From: Runella sp.
GTDB taxonomy: Bacteria; Bacteroidota; Bacteroidia; Cytophagales; Spirosomataceae
DNA: 64,000 bases
Assembly: GCF_965279615.1 (NCBI RefSeq)
Contig: NZ_OZ257252.1
Location: 7,956,641-8,020,640 of the forward strand
Direction of reading: 5' to 3'
Shown here piece after piece: positions 36,547 through 47,189 of this stretch (within the stretch, counting starts at the first letter, position 1; each line of letters starts with the position of its first letter). Under the pieces are notes generated by a model. That model did no database searches and was not told the DNA's origin. It was given only the letters and a program-made list of their open reading frames with translations. The translations under genes and the position numbers were made by a program.

Positions 36547-37019
36547 AACAGGCTTCCCTGCAATCCTCCTTTTTCAAATTCGATCAGCCATTTTTTGCGC
36601 CAAAGTCCACCTGCGTAGCCCGTAAGCGAGCCGTCTGAGCCAATGATACGATGGCACGGAATGACCAGCCAAACAGGATTTTTACCATTTGCGGCGGCCA
36701 CGGCGCGAATGGCTTTTTCGTCGCCCAAACGGCGGGAGAGCTCCAGGTACGACATTGTACGTCCGAAGGGCACGTTAAGTAATTCTTCCCACACTCTTTT
36801 TTGAAAATCAGTTCCCTGCGGATTGAGCGGAAAATCGAACGTTGTTCGTAATCCTTTAAAGTAATCAGATAATTGACGGATGGCAGGTGCCAGATCTTCA
36901 GGAATGGGATCGTTGGAGAGAGGTACGTTGCCATCTTTGATGCTCAGAACCTGAATGCCGTGCGTATCGCCTTCCATGTAAGCAATACCCAACGGTGTTT
37001 GCAAATATGCAACAGACAT
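36543..37019 (-). CDS. ogt: Methylated-DNA-protein-cysteine methyltransferase
   Basis: GTDFQKRVW, RAVAAANGKNP, IPCHR active site, LTGYAGG. Confidence 0.95.
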   Translation of the reverse strand: MSVAYLQTPLGIAYMEGDTHGIQVLSIKDGNVPLSNDPIPEDLAPAIRQLSDYFKGLRTTFDFPLNPQGTDFQKRVWEELLNVPFGRTMSYLELSRRLGDEKAIRAVAAANGKNPVWLVIPCHRIIGSDGSLTGYAGGLWRKKWLIEFEKGGLQGSLF

Positions 37020-37072
37020 GGGGTTGATTTGATAAATTTTAAATAAAAGTAGGAAGTTTTTGTACGGAATCG

Positions 37073-37080
37073 TAATTTTG
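37073..37080 (+). promoter_or_regulatory. Bacteroidota -7 element for aminotransferase gene
   Basis: TAATTTTG 26 nt upstream of ATG. Confidence 0.5.
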
Positions 37081-37105
37081 CGGCGAATTTTTTAAACAAC
37101 CAAAT

Positions 37106-38323
37106 ATGACTGCTGTTGTCGAAACGGCCGGTTCGTTGGCCGACCGTATTAATGCGCTTGAAGAATCCTCTACGCTGGGAATGACAAAAAAAGCGCGTGA
37201 ATTGGCCGCCCAAGGCCATAAAGTGATTAGCTTGAGCGTCGGTGAGCCCGATTTCAAGACACCTAAGCACATTTGCGAAGCTGCCAAGCAGGCCATTGAC
37301 GAAGGCTACCACGGGTATTCGCCCGTTGCCGGCTATGCTGATCTGCGCAAAGCGATCGCTGATAAGTTCAAGAACGAGAATAATCTTAATTGGAAAGCCG
37401 AAAATATTGTGGTTTCGACAGGCGCTAAGCATTCGTTGGCAAATGTGATCCAAGTGTTGGTGAATCCCGGTGACGAAGTAATTATTTTGTCGCCGTACTG
37501 GGTAAGCTATTCCGAAATGGTTAAGCTGGCTGAAGGGAAATCCGTAATTGTTGAAGGCAGCTTTGAAAACGATTTTAAAGTAACACCTGAACAACTGGCA
37601 GAAGCCATGACCGAGCGTACGCGCATTGTCATGTTTGCTTCTCCCAACAACCCTACCGGTTCGGTGTATTCAGAAACCGAATTACGCGCGTTGGCTGCCA
37701 TCGTTGAAAAACATGAAAACGTGTATGTGTTGGCCGACGAAATATATGAATATATCAATTTTACGCCAAATGGCCATTTCAGCATCGGTTCTATCCCCGA
37801 AATCCACGACCGTGTTATTACGGTCAATGGAGTGGCTAAGGGATATGCCATGACCGGCTGGCGGATCGGGTACATTGGTGCCGCTAAATGGATCGCCGAC
37901 GGCGTGGAAAAATTGCAGGGACAGGTAACTTCCGGAACAGGCTCGATCTCTCAACGCGCCGCTTTGGCCGCGATTTCAGGACCGAAAGACTGTGCAAAAG
38001 AAATGTGCGAAGCGTACGAGCGTCGTAGAAATCTGGTAGTGGGCTTGCTGAAAGAGATTCCCGGTTTTAAAGTAAACATGCCCGAAGGCGCTTTTTACGC
38101 ATTTCCTGATATCAGCTATTATTTCGGTAAGTCAGACGGCACAACAGTTATCAAAGATTCCGATGATTTCTGTACTTGGTTGCTCAACGAGTCGTACGTG
38201 GCAACGGTGGCAGGTTCCGGTTTTGGTGCTCCTAACTGCATGCGTATCTCAACGGCAGCTTCCGACGAAAATCTGATTGAAGCCTGTCGCCGTATCAAAG
38301 AAGCGGTAGCGAAATTGAAATAA
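37106..38323 (+). CDS. aspC: PLP-dependent class I aminotransferase (aspartate aminotransferase)
   Basis: VGEPDF.TP, GAKHSL, SPNNPTG, ADEIY, NGVAKGYAMTGWRIGY. Confidence 0.9.
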   Translation: MTAVVETAGSLADRINALEESSTLGMTKKARELAAQGHKVISLSVGEPDFKTPKHICEAAKQAIDEGYHGYSPVAGYADLRKAIADKFKNENNLNWKAENIVVSTGAKHSLANVIQVLVNPGDEVIILSPYWVSYSEMVKLAEGKSVIVEGSFENDFKVTPEQLAEAMTERTRIVMFASPNNPTGSVYSETELRALAAIVEKHENVYVLADEIYEYINFTPNGHFSIGSIPEIHDRVITVNGVAKGYAMTGWRIGYIGAAKWIADGVEKLQGQVTSGTGSISQRAALAAISGPKDCAKEMCEAYERRRNLVVGLLKEIPGFKVNMPEGAFYAFPDISYYFGKSDGTTVIKDSDDFCTWLLNESYVATVAGSGFGAPNCMRISTAASDENLIEACRRIKEAVAKLK

Positions 38324-38334
38324 TGATTCTATTC

Positions 38335-38363
38335 TGTAGAGACGCTGATGCGGCGTCTCTACA
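38335..38363. repeat. GTAG-type REP palindrome
   Basis: TGTAGAGACGC-tgatgcg-GCGTCTCTACA between convergent genes. Confidence 0.75.
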
Positions 38364-38368
38364 ATTTT

Positions 38369-39211
38369 CTACACCAATTCCTTCTTATATTCTCTTGGGG
38401 TTTTCCCCGTTACTGACTTAAACGTTTTGGTAAAATGCGACAGGTTGTTGAAACCGTTGGCATAACACACATCCGTTACCGACTGGTTTTGGGTAAACAT
38501 CTTACAGGCCTGCTTTACCCGATATTCATTGACAAAATCAGTAAAGGTCATTTGCGTAATTTTTTTAAAATAACGACAAAACGAAGGAATCGTCAGGTTA
38601 GCCAAATTGGCGATGGTCTGTAAATCAATCTCTTTTTGATAATTTTTTTCGACAAAGGCGTAGATCTGACGAATGCGGGCTTCTTCGCGATGGCTGTGCT
38701 CGTAAGAAATCCCGTTTGTTTTTAAAACCGTATAGTCTTTTGTAACGGCCAATTCCTGTAAAATAAGCAACAATTGGATCAGGCGGTCAAAGTGATTGAG
38801 CGACGGCATTCTCAGCATTTGAGCCGCAACGTGCTGTCGGGTCTTCCCGTGGAAATTAAGCCCTTGTTTCGACAACTCAAAAAGGCGCTTGACGTCGTGG
38901 AGTTCGGGGCTTTGCAGAAATAATTCTCCCAGAAAGTCATCTCGTAATTGGATAACGATTTCCTCGTGTTCGTTGTCGGCGCCGTAGCCAAAATTAAGGT
39001 GCGGAACGTTGGGGCCGATAAACATCAATGCCCCCTCTTCAAAATGCGAAAGGTGTTGGCCGATGTGTCGTTTGCCGGAGCCTTTATGAATGTATACAAT
39101 CTCATACTCGGGATGTTGATGCCAAAAAAAACGGTCTTCGTGCGAGCGCCAATGCAATAATTTAAAAGAACTGCCTTTGTCGGGCGTAATATTCTCGTAC
39201 TCGGTTTTCAT
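38369..39211 (-). CDS. AraC family transcriptional regulator (cupin + HTH)
   Basis: WHQHPEYEIV cupin; FCRYFKK, GFNNLSHFTKTFK.VTGKTP; start moved to MKTEYE. Confidence 0.92.
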   Translation of the reverse strand: MKTEYENITPDKGSSFKLLHWRSHEDRFFWHQHPEYEIVYIHKGSGKRHIGQHLSHFEEGALMFIGPNVPHLNFGYGADNEHEEIVIQLRDDFLGELFLQSPELHDVKRLFELSKQGLNFHGKTRQHVAAQMLRMPSLNHFDRLIQLLLILQELAVTKDYTVLKTNGISYEHSHREEARIRQIYAFVEKNYQKEIDLQTIANLANLTIPSFCRYFKKITQMTFTDFVNEYRVKQACKMFTQNQSVTDVCYANGFNNLSHFTKTFKSVTGKTPREYKKELV

Positions 39212-39441
39212 GCTTGATTGTCGTGTATTGATGCACAAATATGGCCAAAATGTTAAATCAGAACAAATTAAGGAAAAAAGGGTATAATTATTTGGGGAAA
39301 GAAATTGAGACATTTGTACTTTATCAGAGAAGCAATTCAAGACTTTTCTCACAATAAACCTATGATATTATTGGGAAAGCGGCAATAGCCGCTTTCTTAT
39401 TTTTAGTTAGATTCATATTTGGTTGTTAGGTAGCCTGCGCG

Positions 39442-39449
39442 TATATTTG
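39442..39449 (+). promoter_or_regulatory. Bacteroidota -7 element for SNF2 gene
   Basis: TATATTTG. Confidence 0.45.
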
Positions 39450-39528
39450 TAAACGTTCGAAAAGTGGCTCCACTTTCCGAACGGCCGTTTCGGATTTTTG
39501 TCTCTCTTTGCTACGCTGTTTTTTTAGT

Positions 39529-42474
39529 ATGAAAGTCGCTACTACCCAACCTTTTTCGATCGTTTATTCGCTTTTTCAACATGAATATTTGGGGTATTTA
39601 TTCGGTTCATATGTAGTCCAAGTCAATAGTAAAGGTGAATTAACCTTGCTGAATCAGATCGTTTCGACCAAAAATGTGGCTGAATTTTCGAAGGGACTGG
39701 ATGAAAATGATTTTGAATTGGTCAAAGCCATCGAGGCAATACAGCAGGACACCATTCTGAAAAAATTCAATCCCAAAAAGCTTCGTGCGCTTGATTTTTT
39801 TCTGAAAGTATATGATCCCCAAAAAGGAGATAAACTGATACAGGAGGCCATTGCGGGCTACATCGAAAAATGGAAAATAGAAATTCTGGAGCGACTGAAA
39901 AGCAAGGATTTATACGTAATGGGCTCCGACGGAAATCCTGCCTGGACGCAGATTCAGTGGATGCCCGAACGTGCCAAGGTCTATTTCCATTTTAAACGAA
40001 ACGAAGAAAATACGCATTATTATCCTAATATAAAATACAACGGCGAGCGCCTTCACATTCGAAATCAAAATGCCTTATTGGTTTGTGATGAACCCGCTTG
40101 GCTGTTAATACAAGACAAACTGTATCATTTTGACCGTCATGTGGATGGTAAAAAAATTCGGCCGTTTTTGACCAAACCTCAGATCATTATTCCACGTACG
40201 GTTGAAGAGCAGTACTTTCAACGATTTGTGGTGCCTTTGGTTGCTTCCTACGAAGTGTATGCCGAAGGATTTGACATAAAATACGAGACCGCCGAGTTGC
40301 TTCCCATTCTGAATTTGACGGAGTTAACTTCAACGGCTGCCAATAACCCAACGCTTTTTGAAACAACGGAAGAAGACAACGCAATGACAACGGAAGATTC
40401 GTCGCAGGTGGTGTTGGAATTGTCGTTTCGTTACGGAAATTTCACGTTTAAGTTTGACAATTTTGCCGCTAATGCCAATGTAAGTTTAGAGAAGAACGGC
40501 GATTCTTACATTTTTCACAAGGTCAGAAGGGATTTAAGGATCGAAAAAGCAAAGGTTTTATTGCTCAAAGGACTAGGCCTTGAAATGCAGCAGGGGCGTA
40601 AAAAGCTCTCTAAAAGTGAAGCCTTTGAGTGGTTGAGAATCAATCATTTTACGTTAAAGGAGGCAGGAGTTCAGGTTCGTCAAAATACCGAAAACGGCAA
40701 GCAGTATTTTCTGGGTTATTCGTCGATTGATATTTCGTTTGAAGAAGGGCGGGACTGGTTCGATATTTATGCCAAGGTGCGTTTCGGAGAGTTTGAAATC
40801 CCGTTTATCAAGCTAAAGAACCTAATTCTGGCTCGCAAAAGAGAATTTACTTTACCCAATGGCGAAATAGCCATCATCCCCGAAGCATGGTTAACTACTT
40901 ATTCTGAATTGTTTGCGTTTGCAGAATACGACCCTGACAGTCAGCAGTTTTTGTTGCGTAAACACCATTTGGCGCTTGTTCAGGAATTCGCAGAAGATAG
41001 CCTGGCCAAGGTCATTATGAGCCGAAAACTGGAGCAACTGCGGGATTTTAAAGAGATCGATGAAAATCCTTTGCCAAAAGGGTTCACGGGTACGTTACGA
41101 CCTTACCAAAAAGCAGGGTATGATTGGATCAATTTTCTGAGTAATTACCGTTTTGGCGGTTGTTTGGCCGATGATATGGGGCTGGGAAAAACCGTTACGA
41201 CATTGGCAATGCTTCAATACCAAAAAGAAAAAGGTGCAAATCGCCCTTCGTTGCTGGTGATGCCGACGTCTTTGTTGTACAATTGGCAACTGGAAGCGCG
41301 GCGCTTTACACCCGAATTGCGCGTTTTGATCTATACCGGCACCTACCGCGATAAAAATCCCCGGCAGTTTGACGGATATGATTTGATCTTGACCTCGTAT
41401 GGCATTGTGCGCATTGACATTGATATGCTGAGATCATATCCGTTTCATTACATCATTTTGGATGAGTCACAGGCCATTAAGAATCCGTCTTCGCATATTA
41501 CGAAAGCAGTAATGCAACTGGAAGCCCGACATCGATTGATCCTGACAGGTACGCCGCTCGAAAATACAACGATGGATTTGTGGGCGCAAATGTCATTCGT
41601 TAATCCCGGCTTGTTGGGAAGTCAATCGTATTTCAGGTCACATTTTCAGATACCAATTGAGAAGCATAACGACGAAAAACGTTCTCAAAAACTGTTTGCA
41701 CTGATCAAACCCTTTTTGCTGCGTCGTCATAAGTCGCAGGTAGCTTTAGATTTGCCGCCCAAGGTAGAAAGTATTCATTATTGCGACATGGCAGAGGAAC
41801 AGGAGCAGCGCTACGAAGAAACCAAGTCGTATTATCGCAACTTTATTTTGGAACAAATTGAAGAAGAAGGCATTGCCAAATCACAGATCGTGGTGTTGCA
41901 GGGATTGACCAAATTACGGCAATTGGCCAATCACCCGCGTATGATCGATGACGAATACGAAGGCGAATCAGGGAAATTGGAAGAGATACAGGCAAAACTG
42001 GAAGAATTGTTGGCAGGAGACCATAAGGTGTTGATATTCAGTCAATTTATTCGACACCTTACTATTCTGCGACGCTATTTGGACGAGCGGAAAATTCGTT
42101 ATGCCTACTTGGACGGCTCAACCACCGACCGCCAAGAGCAGGTAGAACTTTTTCAGGAAAACGACGAAATCAAGATATTTCTTATCTCGCTCCGTGCCGG
42201 TGGCCTTGGTCTGAATTTGACTGCTGCCGACTATGTCTTTATTTTAGATCCTTGGTGGAATCCCGCCATTGAAGCGCAGGCCATTGACCGCGCGCACCGA
42301 ATCGGACAGCAACGAACCGTTTTTACCTATAAATTCATTACAAAAAACTCCGTTGAAGAGAAAATACTGGATCTTCAACGCAGTAAACAAAAGCTCTTTA
42401 ACGAACTGATCACTACGGAAGAAAGCTTTGTAAAATCGTTGACGAAAGAAGATATTATAGACTTGTTGGCGTAA
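39529..42474 (+). CDS. SNF2/SWI2 family helicase-like ATPase
   Basis: LADDMGLGKT, DESQ, LTGTPLEN, LIFSQF, SLRAGG.GLNLT, QAIDRAHRIGQ. Confidence 0.95.
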   Translation: MKVATTQPFSIVYSLFQHEYLGYLFGSYVVQVNSKGELTLLNQIVSTKNVAEFSKGLDENDFELVKAIEAIQQDTILKKFNPKKLRALDFFLKVYDPQKGDKLIQEAIAGYIEKWKIEILERLKSKDLYVMGSDGNPAWTQIQWMPERAKVYFHFKRNEENTHYYPNIKYNGERLHIRNQNALLVCDEPAWLLIQDKLYHFDRHVDGKKIRPFLTKPQIIIPRTVEEQYFQRFVVPLVASYEVYAEGFDIKYETAELLPILNLTELTSTAANNPTLFETTEEDNAMTTEDSSQVVLELSFRYGNFTFKFDNFAANANVSLEKNGDSYIFHKVRRDLRIEKAKVLLLKGLGLEMQQGRKKLSKSEAFEWLRINHFTLKEAGVQVRQNTENGKQYFLGYSSIDISFEEGRDWFDIYAKVRFGEFEIPFIKLKNLILARKREFTLPNGEIAIIPEAWLTTYSELFAFAEYDPDSQQFLLRKHHLALVQEFAEDSLAKVIMSRKLEQLRDFKEIDENPLPKGFTGTLRPYQKAGYDWINFLSNYRFGGCLADDMGLGKTVTTLAMLQYQKEKGANRPSLLVMPTSLLYNWQLEARRFTPELRVLIYTGTYRDKNPRQFDGYDLILTSYGIVRIDIDMLRSYPFHYIILDESQAIKNPSSHITKAVMQLEARHRLILTGTPLENTTMDLWAQMSFVNPGLLGSQSYFRSHFQIPIEKHNDEKRSQKLFALIKPFLLRRHKSQVALDLPPKVESIHYCDMAEEQEQRYEETKSYYRNFILEQIEEEGIAKSQIVVLQGLTKLRQLANHPRMIDDEYEGESGKLEEIQAKLEELLAGDHKVLIFSQFIRHLTILRRYLDERKIRYAYLDGSTTDRQEQVELFQENDEIKIFLISLRAGGLGLNLTAADYVFILDPWWNPAIEAQAIDRAHRIGQQRTVFTYKFITKNSVEEKILDLQRSKQKLFNELITTEESFVKSLTKEDIIDLLA

Positions 42475-42516
42475 TACATTTACACTTAACATTCAGCATT
42501 GAACATTTAACGCTTA
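42475..42516. repeat. Degenerate heptamer tandem repeat (ACATT[T/C]A, about 6 units)
   Basis: tacattt acactta acattca gcattga acattta acgctta between convergent genes. Confidence 0.55.
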
Positions 42517-42526
42517 TCCCCGACAA

Positions 42527-44707
42527 TCACCTCAAAAGCAGTAAGCTGCCGCGATAGGTATGGCCTTCGGGTTGAGTAAGAATTTGGTAAACATAATTGC
42601 CGGATGGCAGTGAAGTACCGTTGTATAGGCCGTCAAAGGGTTTTCTGTTATTTTTAGAGAAAGAATAAATGGCATGGCCCCAGCGGTCAAACACCTGAAT
42701 TTCAACATCGGGAAACTCTTCCAGCCCTTTAGGTTCCCATAGATCATTGACTCCGTCTCCGTTGGGTGTGAAAGCATCAGGAATGTATACTCCATGCACA
42801 ATACCAATCGTGATGGTGTCTTTGCTTATACATCCATTTGTGCCGCTGACGGTCAATTGATAAGTGGTTGTTTGATCAGGGTCGGCGTAAGGACTTGAAA
42901 CGGTAGAAGAAGACAAACCAATGGGGGGCGTCCATTGAAAGTTAAAATCGTTTGCTAATACATTGTTTTGATTAAGCTGAACACCACCAATGGAAGAAAT
43001 GAATTGGTCGGGCCCCAACTCAAGGGCAGGGGAAGAAAGAACGGTGGCTGTTTGCTCGGCAGTTCCCACCACGCAGGCCTTGGGGTCGTCGAGCAGGTAG
43101 GCAATTTTATGTGTTCCTGCACCTGCCGATTTGGGGGAGAATTTGTTGGCAGTTACCCCATTTCCACTAAATTTTCCTCCCACCGGCGTACCTTCCAACT
43201 TTACCAAACTTGTATCATTGCTGCACTTAACAGGGAGGGCCTGCATGATCACTTTGACGCTGCTGTCGGCTTTGATGAGAAAAGTCTTAGACTCACCTTT
43301 GCAACCGTTTTGGTCTATTACTTCAACGGTATAGTTACCTACCTGCGTTACCTTATAGGTTGAATCCGTGGCGGAGGCAATGGCCACAGTGTCGCGACGC
43401 CATTGGTATTTAACAAAAGGTTCTGACGTAAGTGTTGATAATTTTAACGAGCCGCCGGGACATAACAGGCCGCTTGGAACGGATGATTCGATTAAAACTT
43501 TGGGGTTGGGTACAATCGTGATGAACGCCGGAGGTGATGTACTCGGGAAACACGACTCCTTTTTGGTTAATTGAACCGAATAGGTACCTTCTTCTTTTAC
43601 CACCAATGTGGAGTCTTTTTGGCCCGCAATCACTTTCCCATCTTTAGACCATTCGTACGTAATGTTGGGCTGATTGGCGCCGGCATTGAGTTGAACCGAC
43701 TTGCCATCACATACTCTGGCCGAAGCAATGACGGCAGGCTTATTCACCTGACTGACGCGAATGTTGGCGGGTGGCGGCGGGGGGCAATCATCTACCTGAA
43801 TTTGATACTCACGGTAAATCTCACTCAACGGCACGCCATTGCGGCTGTGTTTAACTATAAAGCCAATCGAGTATACGCCTGCTTTGAGCGGTCTGGCGGA
43901 AATTTGCAGATCGGCTAATCCCTGTGGACTGATAAAATACGTAACAGGTACCAGAAAATTGCCGCCCGGCAACATTTGGCTCTCTGAATACCCTGCTTTC
44001 CAATCCACACTTCGATAAGGTGCAGTCCCGTTTAAACCGCCCATGAGTGGCGCTGTATTTTGCACCATAAGGGTGTAATTGGTTCGATTGAGCGTGCTTA
44101 CAAGTGGGACGGCCTGAATCTGTAAACTGAAATTTGCTTCGACGTTGGTACAGAAGTAGTTGTAGGAATCGGGTGCCCATTGTGGAGTGATTTTTCCGGG
44201 TTCGGAAGCATCAAAATATTCCCAGAGGTACTGGGGCGAAAACCAATGATAAAGTACAATTTGGGAAGAGGCAACGTTGTTGGTAGGATTCCGATTGCCC
44301 ACAGGATCATTAATGATGTAATAGCCGTCAGGGTCGGAAAAAACAGTGGGTTTAAGGATGAGATTTTGATTGTAACGGACAAAGAGATAATCTGTTTTGC
44401 TGCTTTTATTACAGGAAAATGCTGATTTACTGCCGCTTATGTCACTATTTTTGTCCGCAAAGAATTCCTGAATGAATGCATTGTCTTTTTTTCGATAAAT
44501 ACCAAAACGGAGCCTGTTGGGAAGTGCATCATAGCCTGCTTTATCAGCAAAAAAGGTGCAACCAATGCGATAGGAGTATGCTTCCGGAGTCTGACCCTGA
44601 ATTTGGCGGTCGATTTGCCCTCCATAGATGCGCTGGGCCTGCGTCTCCACACACAGCCAAACCAAAGCAAAGGCCAAAAAAATAAAGTTGCGCATCCGTT
44701 GATTCAT
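42527..44707 (-). CDS. Gliding motility-associated C-terminal domain (T9SS type B CTD) protein with Ig/PKD-like repeats
   Basis: IPDAFTPNGDGVND...FDRWG...G.YVY CTD; repeated Y.W..DG..I.GA.....G.Y.V modules; start moved to MNQRMRN. Confidence 0.88.
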   Translation of the reverse strand: MNQRMRNFIFLAFALVWLCVETQAQRIYGGQIDRQIQGQTPEAYSYRIGCTFFADKAGYDALPNRLRFGIYRKKDNAFIQEFFADKNSDISGSKSAFSCNKSSKTDYLFVRYNQNLILKPTVFSDPDGYYIINDPVGNRNPTNNVASSQIVLYHWFSPQYLWEYFDASEPGKITPQWAPDSYNYFCTNVEANFSLQIQAVPLVSTLNRTNYTLMVQNTAPLMGGLNGTAPYRSVDWKAGYSESQMLPGGNFLVPVTYFISPQGLADLQISARPLKAGVYSIGFIVKHSRNGVPLSEIYREYQIQVDDCPPPPPANIRVSQVNKPAVIASARVCDGKSVQLNAGANQPNITYEWSKDGKVIAGQKDSTLVVKEEGTYSVQLTKKESCFPSTSPPAFITIVPNPKVLIESSVPSGLLCPGGSLKLSTLTSEPFVKYQWRRDTVAIASATDSTYKVTQVGNYTVEVIDQNGCKGESKTFLIKADSSVKVIMQALPVKCSNDTSLVKLEGTPVGGKFSGNGVTANKFSPKSAGAGTHKIAYLLDDPKACVVGTAEQTATVLSSPALELGPDQFISSIGGVQLNQNNVLANDFNFQWTPPIGLSSSTVSSPYADPDQTTTYQLTVSGTNGCISKDTITIGIVHGVYIPDAFTPNGDGVNDLWEPKGLEEFPDVEIQVFDRWGHAIYSFSKNNRKPFDGLYNGTSLPSGNYVYQILTQPEGHTYRGSLLLLR

Positions 44708-44842
44708 AAGAGCGAATGTCAAATTTAACAAAAAAAGAAAACAACACGGAGGATTTAGTAAAGTTAAAAATAGAATTATTGGAAGGTTAGTTGTAAAAAA
44801 AACGTAAAATTTGCAACCAAAAGCCATTCATTAACGATAGTC

Positions 44843-45442
44843 ATGCAACGATTAGACCTTCATTTTTATCAAAAATACGATACGCTGACATTGGCAAATC
44901 GGCTTTTGGGCAGCGAACTCGTGCACGATAGCCCTGAAGGCCGCACGGCCGGCATCATCGTAGAGACGGAAGCATACCTTACCGACGATCCGGCTTGCCA
45001 CGCCTATCGAAAACAAACAACGCGCAACGCCGCCATGTTTGGCCCTGCCGGTTCGGTCTATGTGTATCTGATCTATGGGATGTACCACTGTGTCAACATT
45101 GTCAGTGCCGAAGAAGGGAAAGGCGAGGCTGTGCTGATCCGTGCCTTAGAACCCACCGAAGGCATTGGATTGATGGAAAAACGCCGTGCGGCAAGAAAAG
45201 GACACGGCAATTTTACGATTCGAGAACTTTGCAACGGTCCCGCAAAGTTGGTGCAGGCAATGGGAATTACCCTCGCCGGTCACAATGGAACTTCGCTGTT
45301 GGATGATGCCTCGCTCTTTATTATTCCGCCAAAGCATACCGATTTTGAGGTAGTGACCACTACGCGAATCGGAATCACACAGGGCGCCGATCTGCCTTAT
45401 CGGTTTTATATCAAAGGGAATCGGTTTGTGAGTAAAAGGTAG
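44843..45442 (+). CDS. mpg: DNA-3-methyladenine glycosylase (AAG/MPG family)
   Basis: IVETEAY..DDPACHAY, MFG..G.VYVY.IYGMY.C.N, GPAKL. Confidence 0.92.
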   Translation: MQRLDLHFYQKYDTLTLANRLLGSELVHDSPEGRTAGIIVETEAYLTDDPACHAYRKQTTRNAAMFGPAGSVYVYLIYGMYHCVNIVSAEEGKGEAVLIRALEPTEGIGLMEKRRAARKGHGNFTIRELCNGPAKLVQAMGITLAGHNGTSLLDDASLFIIPPKHTDFEVVTTTRIGITQGADLPYRFYIKGNRFVSKR

Positions 45443-45447
45443 GAAGG

Positions 45448-46053
45448 CTATAAATAGTTTACGCTCATCAATTTCAGCTCATTATCAAAAGTATAAAGCC
45501 TCGGAGAACCCGTCGCGATGTTTACCTCTGCGATAGCCTCAGGGCTGATATTTTCCAGATACATCATCAAAGACCGAAGACTGTTGCCATGAGCCACAAT
45601 CAAAATAGTTTCCCCGGCTTTTAATTTGGGTTCAATTTCCTGTTTATAATAAGGCACCGTTCGGTTAAAAGTATCTTTTAAACTTTCGCCATCGGGCGGA
45701 CATACATCGTAGCTTCTCCGCCAGATCTCCACCTGTGCATCGCCGTATTTTAAGGCTGTTTCCGCTTTATTCAGCCCCTGCAAACTTCCGTACCGCCGTT
45801 CATCAAAAGCCGCAATTTTGATAACGGGAATGGTCGTTTGCTTCAATTCTTCCAAAACAATTTGCAATGTTTCCTGAGCCCGTTTCAACATGGATGTATA
45901 GGCCGTAGTAAATGTAATATTCTTTAGTTTTTCGCCGGCACGCTTGGCTTCTTCTTTCCCCAAAGGAGTAAGTTCAACATCCGTATTTCCCGTAAAACGA
46001 TTTTCTAAATTATAGGTAGATTGTCCATGTCTGATGAGCGTCAATAATGCCAT
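45448..46053 (-). CDS. gpmA: 2,3-bisphosphoglycerate-dependent phosphoglycerate mutase
   Basis: LIRHGQS..N.ENRFTG, ERRYG.LQGLNK, WRRSY, AHGNSLR. Confidence 0.92.
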   Translation of the reverse strand: MALLTLIRHGQSTYNLENRFTGNTDVELTPLGKEEAKRAGEKLKNITFTTAYTSMLKRAQETLQIVLEELKQTTIPVIKIAAFDERRYGSLQGLNKAETALKYGDAQVEIWRRSYDVCPPDGESLKDTFNRTVPYYKQEIEPKLKAGETILIVAHGNSLRSLMMYLENISPEAIAEVNIATGSPRLYTFDNELKLMSVNYL

Positions 46054-46291
46054 ACTTTTGCTGATATTATGTATTCCTGCCTGAGAAGAGACAACGAGGT
46101 CCCGATGGAAATAATGTGTGAATGATGTAACTCTTTTAAGTAATTATGTAATGCTTGCTGAAGCTAAAAAGCTCACTTTTGTGTAATTAATCAAGTCTGC
46201 ATAATTGTAAAAGTATGAATAATACTTCTCACTTTTTAACAAAGATTTTCGGTTAGTGTTTTGACACACCTTTATAAAATTAGTACAAACT

Positions 46292-46660
46292 ATGGTAATA
46301 TTAAAAAAAATAGGCATTTGGATGGATTCCGAAACCGCTCATTTAATGGAGTTTACCGACGAGTCACTTCAGACGGTTACCGTTGAGTCAAAAAAAGATA
46401 CGACATTGAGTAACAGCGAAAACCTGATGCACAATAAAGAACAGCAGCATCAATCTGAATACTATAAAAAGCTGAGTGACGCGATCAGAGAGTATGAAGA
46501 TGTATTACTTTTTGGACCAACAAATGCAAAAGCCGAGCTGTTTAATTTATTGAAGGCAGATCATCATTTTGATAAGATAAAAATCGAAATGCTTCCGGCT
46601 GATAAAATGACGGAAAATCAGCAATATGCATTTGTGAGAGAGTATTTTTCGAAAAACTAA
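46292..46660 (+). CDS. Conserved small protein, eRF1 middle-domain / host-attachment-like (inferred)
   Basis: KIGIWMD..TAH, LLFGPTNAKAEL, ADKMTENQ; fold assignment is from memory only. Confidence 0.6.
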   Translation: MVILKKIGIWMDSETAHLMEFTDESLQTVTVESKKDTTLSNSENLMHNKEQQHQSEYYKKLSDAIREYEDVLLFGPTNAKAELFNLLKADHHFDKIKIEMLPADKMTENQQYAFVREYFSKN

Positions 46661-46743
46661 TTTCGACCTGACAAGGAAACTTAAAGAAAGCTTCGATATA
46701 CCCGCGAAGTAAATTAAAGGGTACTTTTTTAAAAGCAATTAAA

Positions 46744-47184
46744 ATGAAAAAAAACATCTTAACATTGGCCGTATTCACTATGCTGGCGGGTACAATTTTA
46801 ACAAGCTGCATGACGCCTGCTCAAAAGGTAAAAAATGCGCAAAATAATGTCAAAGAAGCAAATGTAGATTTAGACAAAGCAAACAGGGAGTACTTGGCGG
46901 ATGTTGAAAATTACAGGAAAGAAACGGCGGCTAAAATTGCGGCAAATGACTTGGCCATTGCGGAATTTAATACAAAAATAGAAAATGAAAAAGAAGACGC
47001 GAAAGCTGATTATACAAAGAAAGTAGCTGTGCTGAAACAAAAGAACATCGACATGAAAATGAGGATGGATGATTATAAAGTAGACGGCAAAGAAAAATGG
47101 AAAATGTTCAAAACCGAATTTGGACATGATATGGATGAACTGGGCAAAGCCTTTAAAGACCTGGTAGTTAAAAATACAAATTAA
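46744..47184 (+). CDS. Coiled-coil lipoprotein of unknown function
   Basis: Lipobox LTSC; K/E/A-rich heptads; KW..FK.EF..DMDELGKA. Confidence 0.75.
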   Translation: MKKNILTLAVFTMLAGTILTSCMTPAQKVKNAQNNVKEANVDLDKANREYLADVENYRKETAAKIAANDLAIAEFNTKIENEKEDAKADYTKKVAVLKQKNIDMKMRMDDYKVDGKEKWKMFKTEFGHDMDELGKAFKDLVVKNTN

Positions 47185-47189
47185 TCTTA

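Noticed and set aside
36944-37594. 216-aa antisense ORF overlapping the aminotransferase
   Set aside because: Shadow of a conserved housekeeping gene; the same applies to the many other 60-180-aa nested ORFs in the track
39529-42474. SNF2 ATPase as a defence-system component (DISARM/Zorya-like)
   Set aside because: No methylase, nuclease or other defence partner adjacent; context is housekeeping
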